Of a stretch of 64,000 bases of DNA, positions 62,881 to 64,000 are shown piece after piece (the first letter of the stretch is position 1; every line of letters starts with the position of its first letter). A program made the translations under genes and the position numbers. The stretch comes from Raillietiella orientalis (taxonomy: Eukaryota). The notes beneath the pieces were generated by a model. It saw only the letters and a list, made by a program, of their open reading frames with translations. It was not told where the DNA came from and made no database searches. The stretch covers positions 2,294,001 to 2,358,000 of the forward strand of contig JAYWIR010000011.1 of NCBI GenBank assembly GCA_036172245.1, written 5' to 3'.

Positions 62881-63928
62881 CTCAGAAGCAGAACTTACTC
62901 TATTTCAGCCTACAATTCCTACAATTTCGTGTTTGTGAACATCAGCTCTGTCCAACGAAAGCCTCATCTCTTTCCTTAGGGGCTCAGTAGCGAAAGGACC
63001 TCAGAGAGCCAGTTGTAGCTTTTTTATGAGGCAGTGTCTCTGCCGAGAATGAAATAAACCCATCGGGATGTTCATCCAACATCCGCGCCGCAAATACTTG
63101 ACCGTGAAATTACATAAAGAATTTAATACATTTGTTCCCGTGGTTTTCTGCACAACTTGTTGAGTGATTTTGAAGAAACAGATACGCGAAATAACTTGCA
63201 ACATGTATTTAGCAAGGTTGGGCACTGGGCGGACTTGACTTTCCTCCAAAGCGTATGGAGTTTGCTGCCTCCACTGCATCTGTCTTCAAAGACTGGAAGG
63301 CGGCAAGTCACTGGCTTGTCTCGGAAACTTCTCCACTGTTTTTTCTTCCTCCTACTTTGAGACAGGAACGCTTTACTAAAACTGCATTTTCAAAACTGAA
63401 TAAGAATCGCAGAACATGAGTTTTCGCTATTGCCGATTCGTTTTAGTCGGCAGTTCACGAAATGGGACGGATTGTCTTCATCGTGAACCAACCCGTCACC
63501 GTATCTTGTTCACTTTTTCTGGAAAAGTGCGAAAAGATTCGATGTGCACGCACAAAGAAGAAAGAAGGGCTCTCGGTAGTTTTCTCGGAAAAAAGCAGCA
63601 TTAGACGGTTGCATCTACTTGTAAGAATAATCCAGAAATGAAATCTGCGCAATTTATAGGAAAAAAAAAAATGCTTGTAACAGACGATGCCGAGAACACC
63701 ACCCAGTCAGACCACAGAACATATTCGTGTACCTCATGACGAACGAATTCCCTGAGCCTCAAGTCCAGAAGATGGTTCCAGACCTTGAAAATAGATGCGT
63801 CCAAAGGACGGAAAGCAAATATATCCCGTTACTCGAAGTTACAAAGCTTGTAGACGCAAAGCAACTAAGATTACTTCCTCACTAGACATCGTTTCCAAAT
63901 GCAAAGCCTAAAATGAGAGAGCAGCAAA

Positions 63929-63977
63929 GATAACTTCATCTTTAGTAATGATGACGATAACTTCATCATTACTAAAG
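63929..63977. repeat. 15-bp perfect hairpin overlapping a 12-nt direct repeat
   Basis: CTTTAGTAATGATGA (63940-63954), loop CGATAACT, TCATCATTACTAAAG (63963-63977). GATAACTTCATC occurs twice. Confidence 0.85.
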
Positions 63978-64000
63978 AAAGACGACAGCGCCTTTTAAAA

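Noticed and set aside
1..64000. CRISPR array, tRNA, rRNA or prokaryotic operon-type system
   Set aside because: No regularly spaced repeats, cloverleaf or rRNA signatures were seen, and the genes have spliceosomal introns. Small ncRNAs in introns cannot be excluded without a covariance-model search.

Overview
This is eukaryotic (animal) genomic DNA with three intact, intron-containing protein genes that I assembled exon by exon. (1) GPAA1, the GPI-transamidase subunit Gaa1 (+, 951-6953, 10 coding exons). (2) A reticulocalbin-2-like CREC-family EF-hand protein ending in HDEL (+, 7203-8438, 6 exons). (3) A full-length axonemal inner-arm dynein heavy chain of the DNAH2 / I1-beta (kl-2) class (-, about 61530 to 8465, about 78 exons), which fills most of the window. 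Large dynein introns and the upstream region hold decayed transposon relics: BEL/Pao pol, RTE-like reverse transcriptase and a possible hAT transposase. The most interesting signal is in the dynein. Its reading frame is open and its microtubule-binding domain is well conserved, but normally near-invariant ATPase motifs are altered: the AAA1 sensor-I TMNPGYAGR reads TLSLSPECAIR, Walker B CFDEFNR reads CLDEFDR, and AAA3 FNLRD reads FNMHD. Many of the changes are A/T-to-G/C substitutions inside a very GC-rich domain. Other observations are a U12-type intron, two GC-AG introns, frequent AAG acceptors, convergent stop codons 26 nt apart, and a candidate dynein poly(A) signal inside the neighbouring coding exon. 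I found no rRNA, tRNA or CRISPR features. Most ORFs in the supplied track are GC-rich shadows. The organism cannot be identified from the sequence alone, and all homology calls rest on recalled motifs, not on searches.
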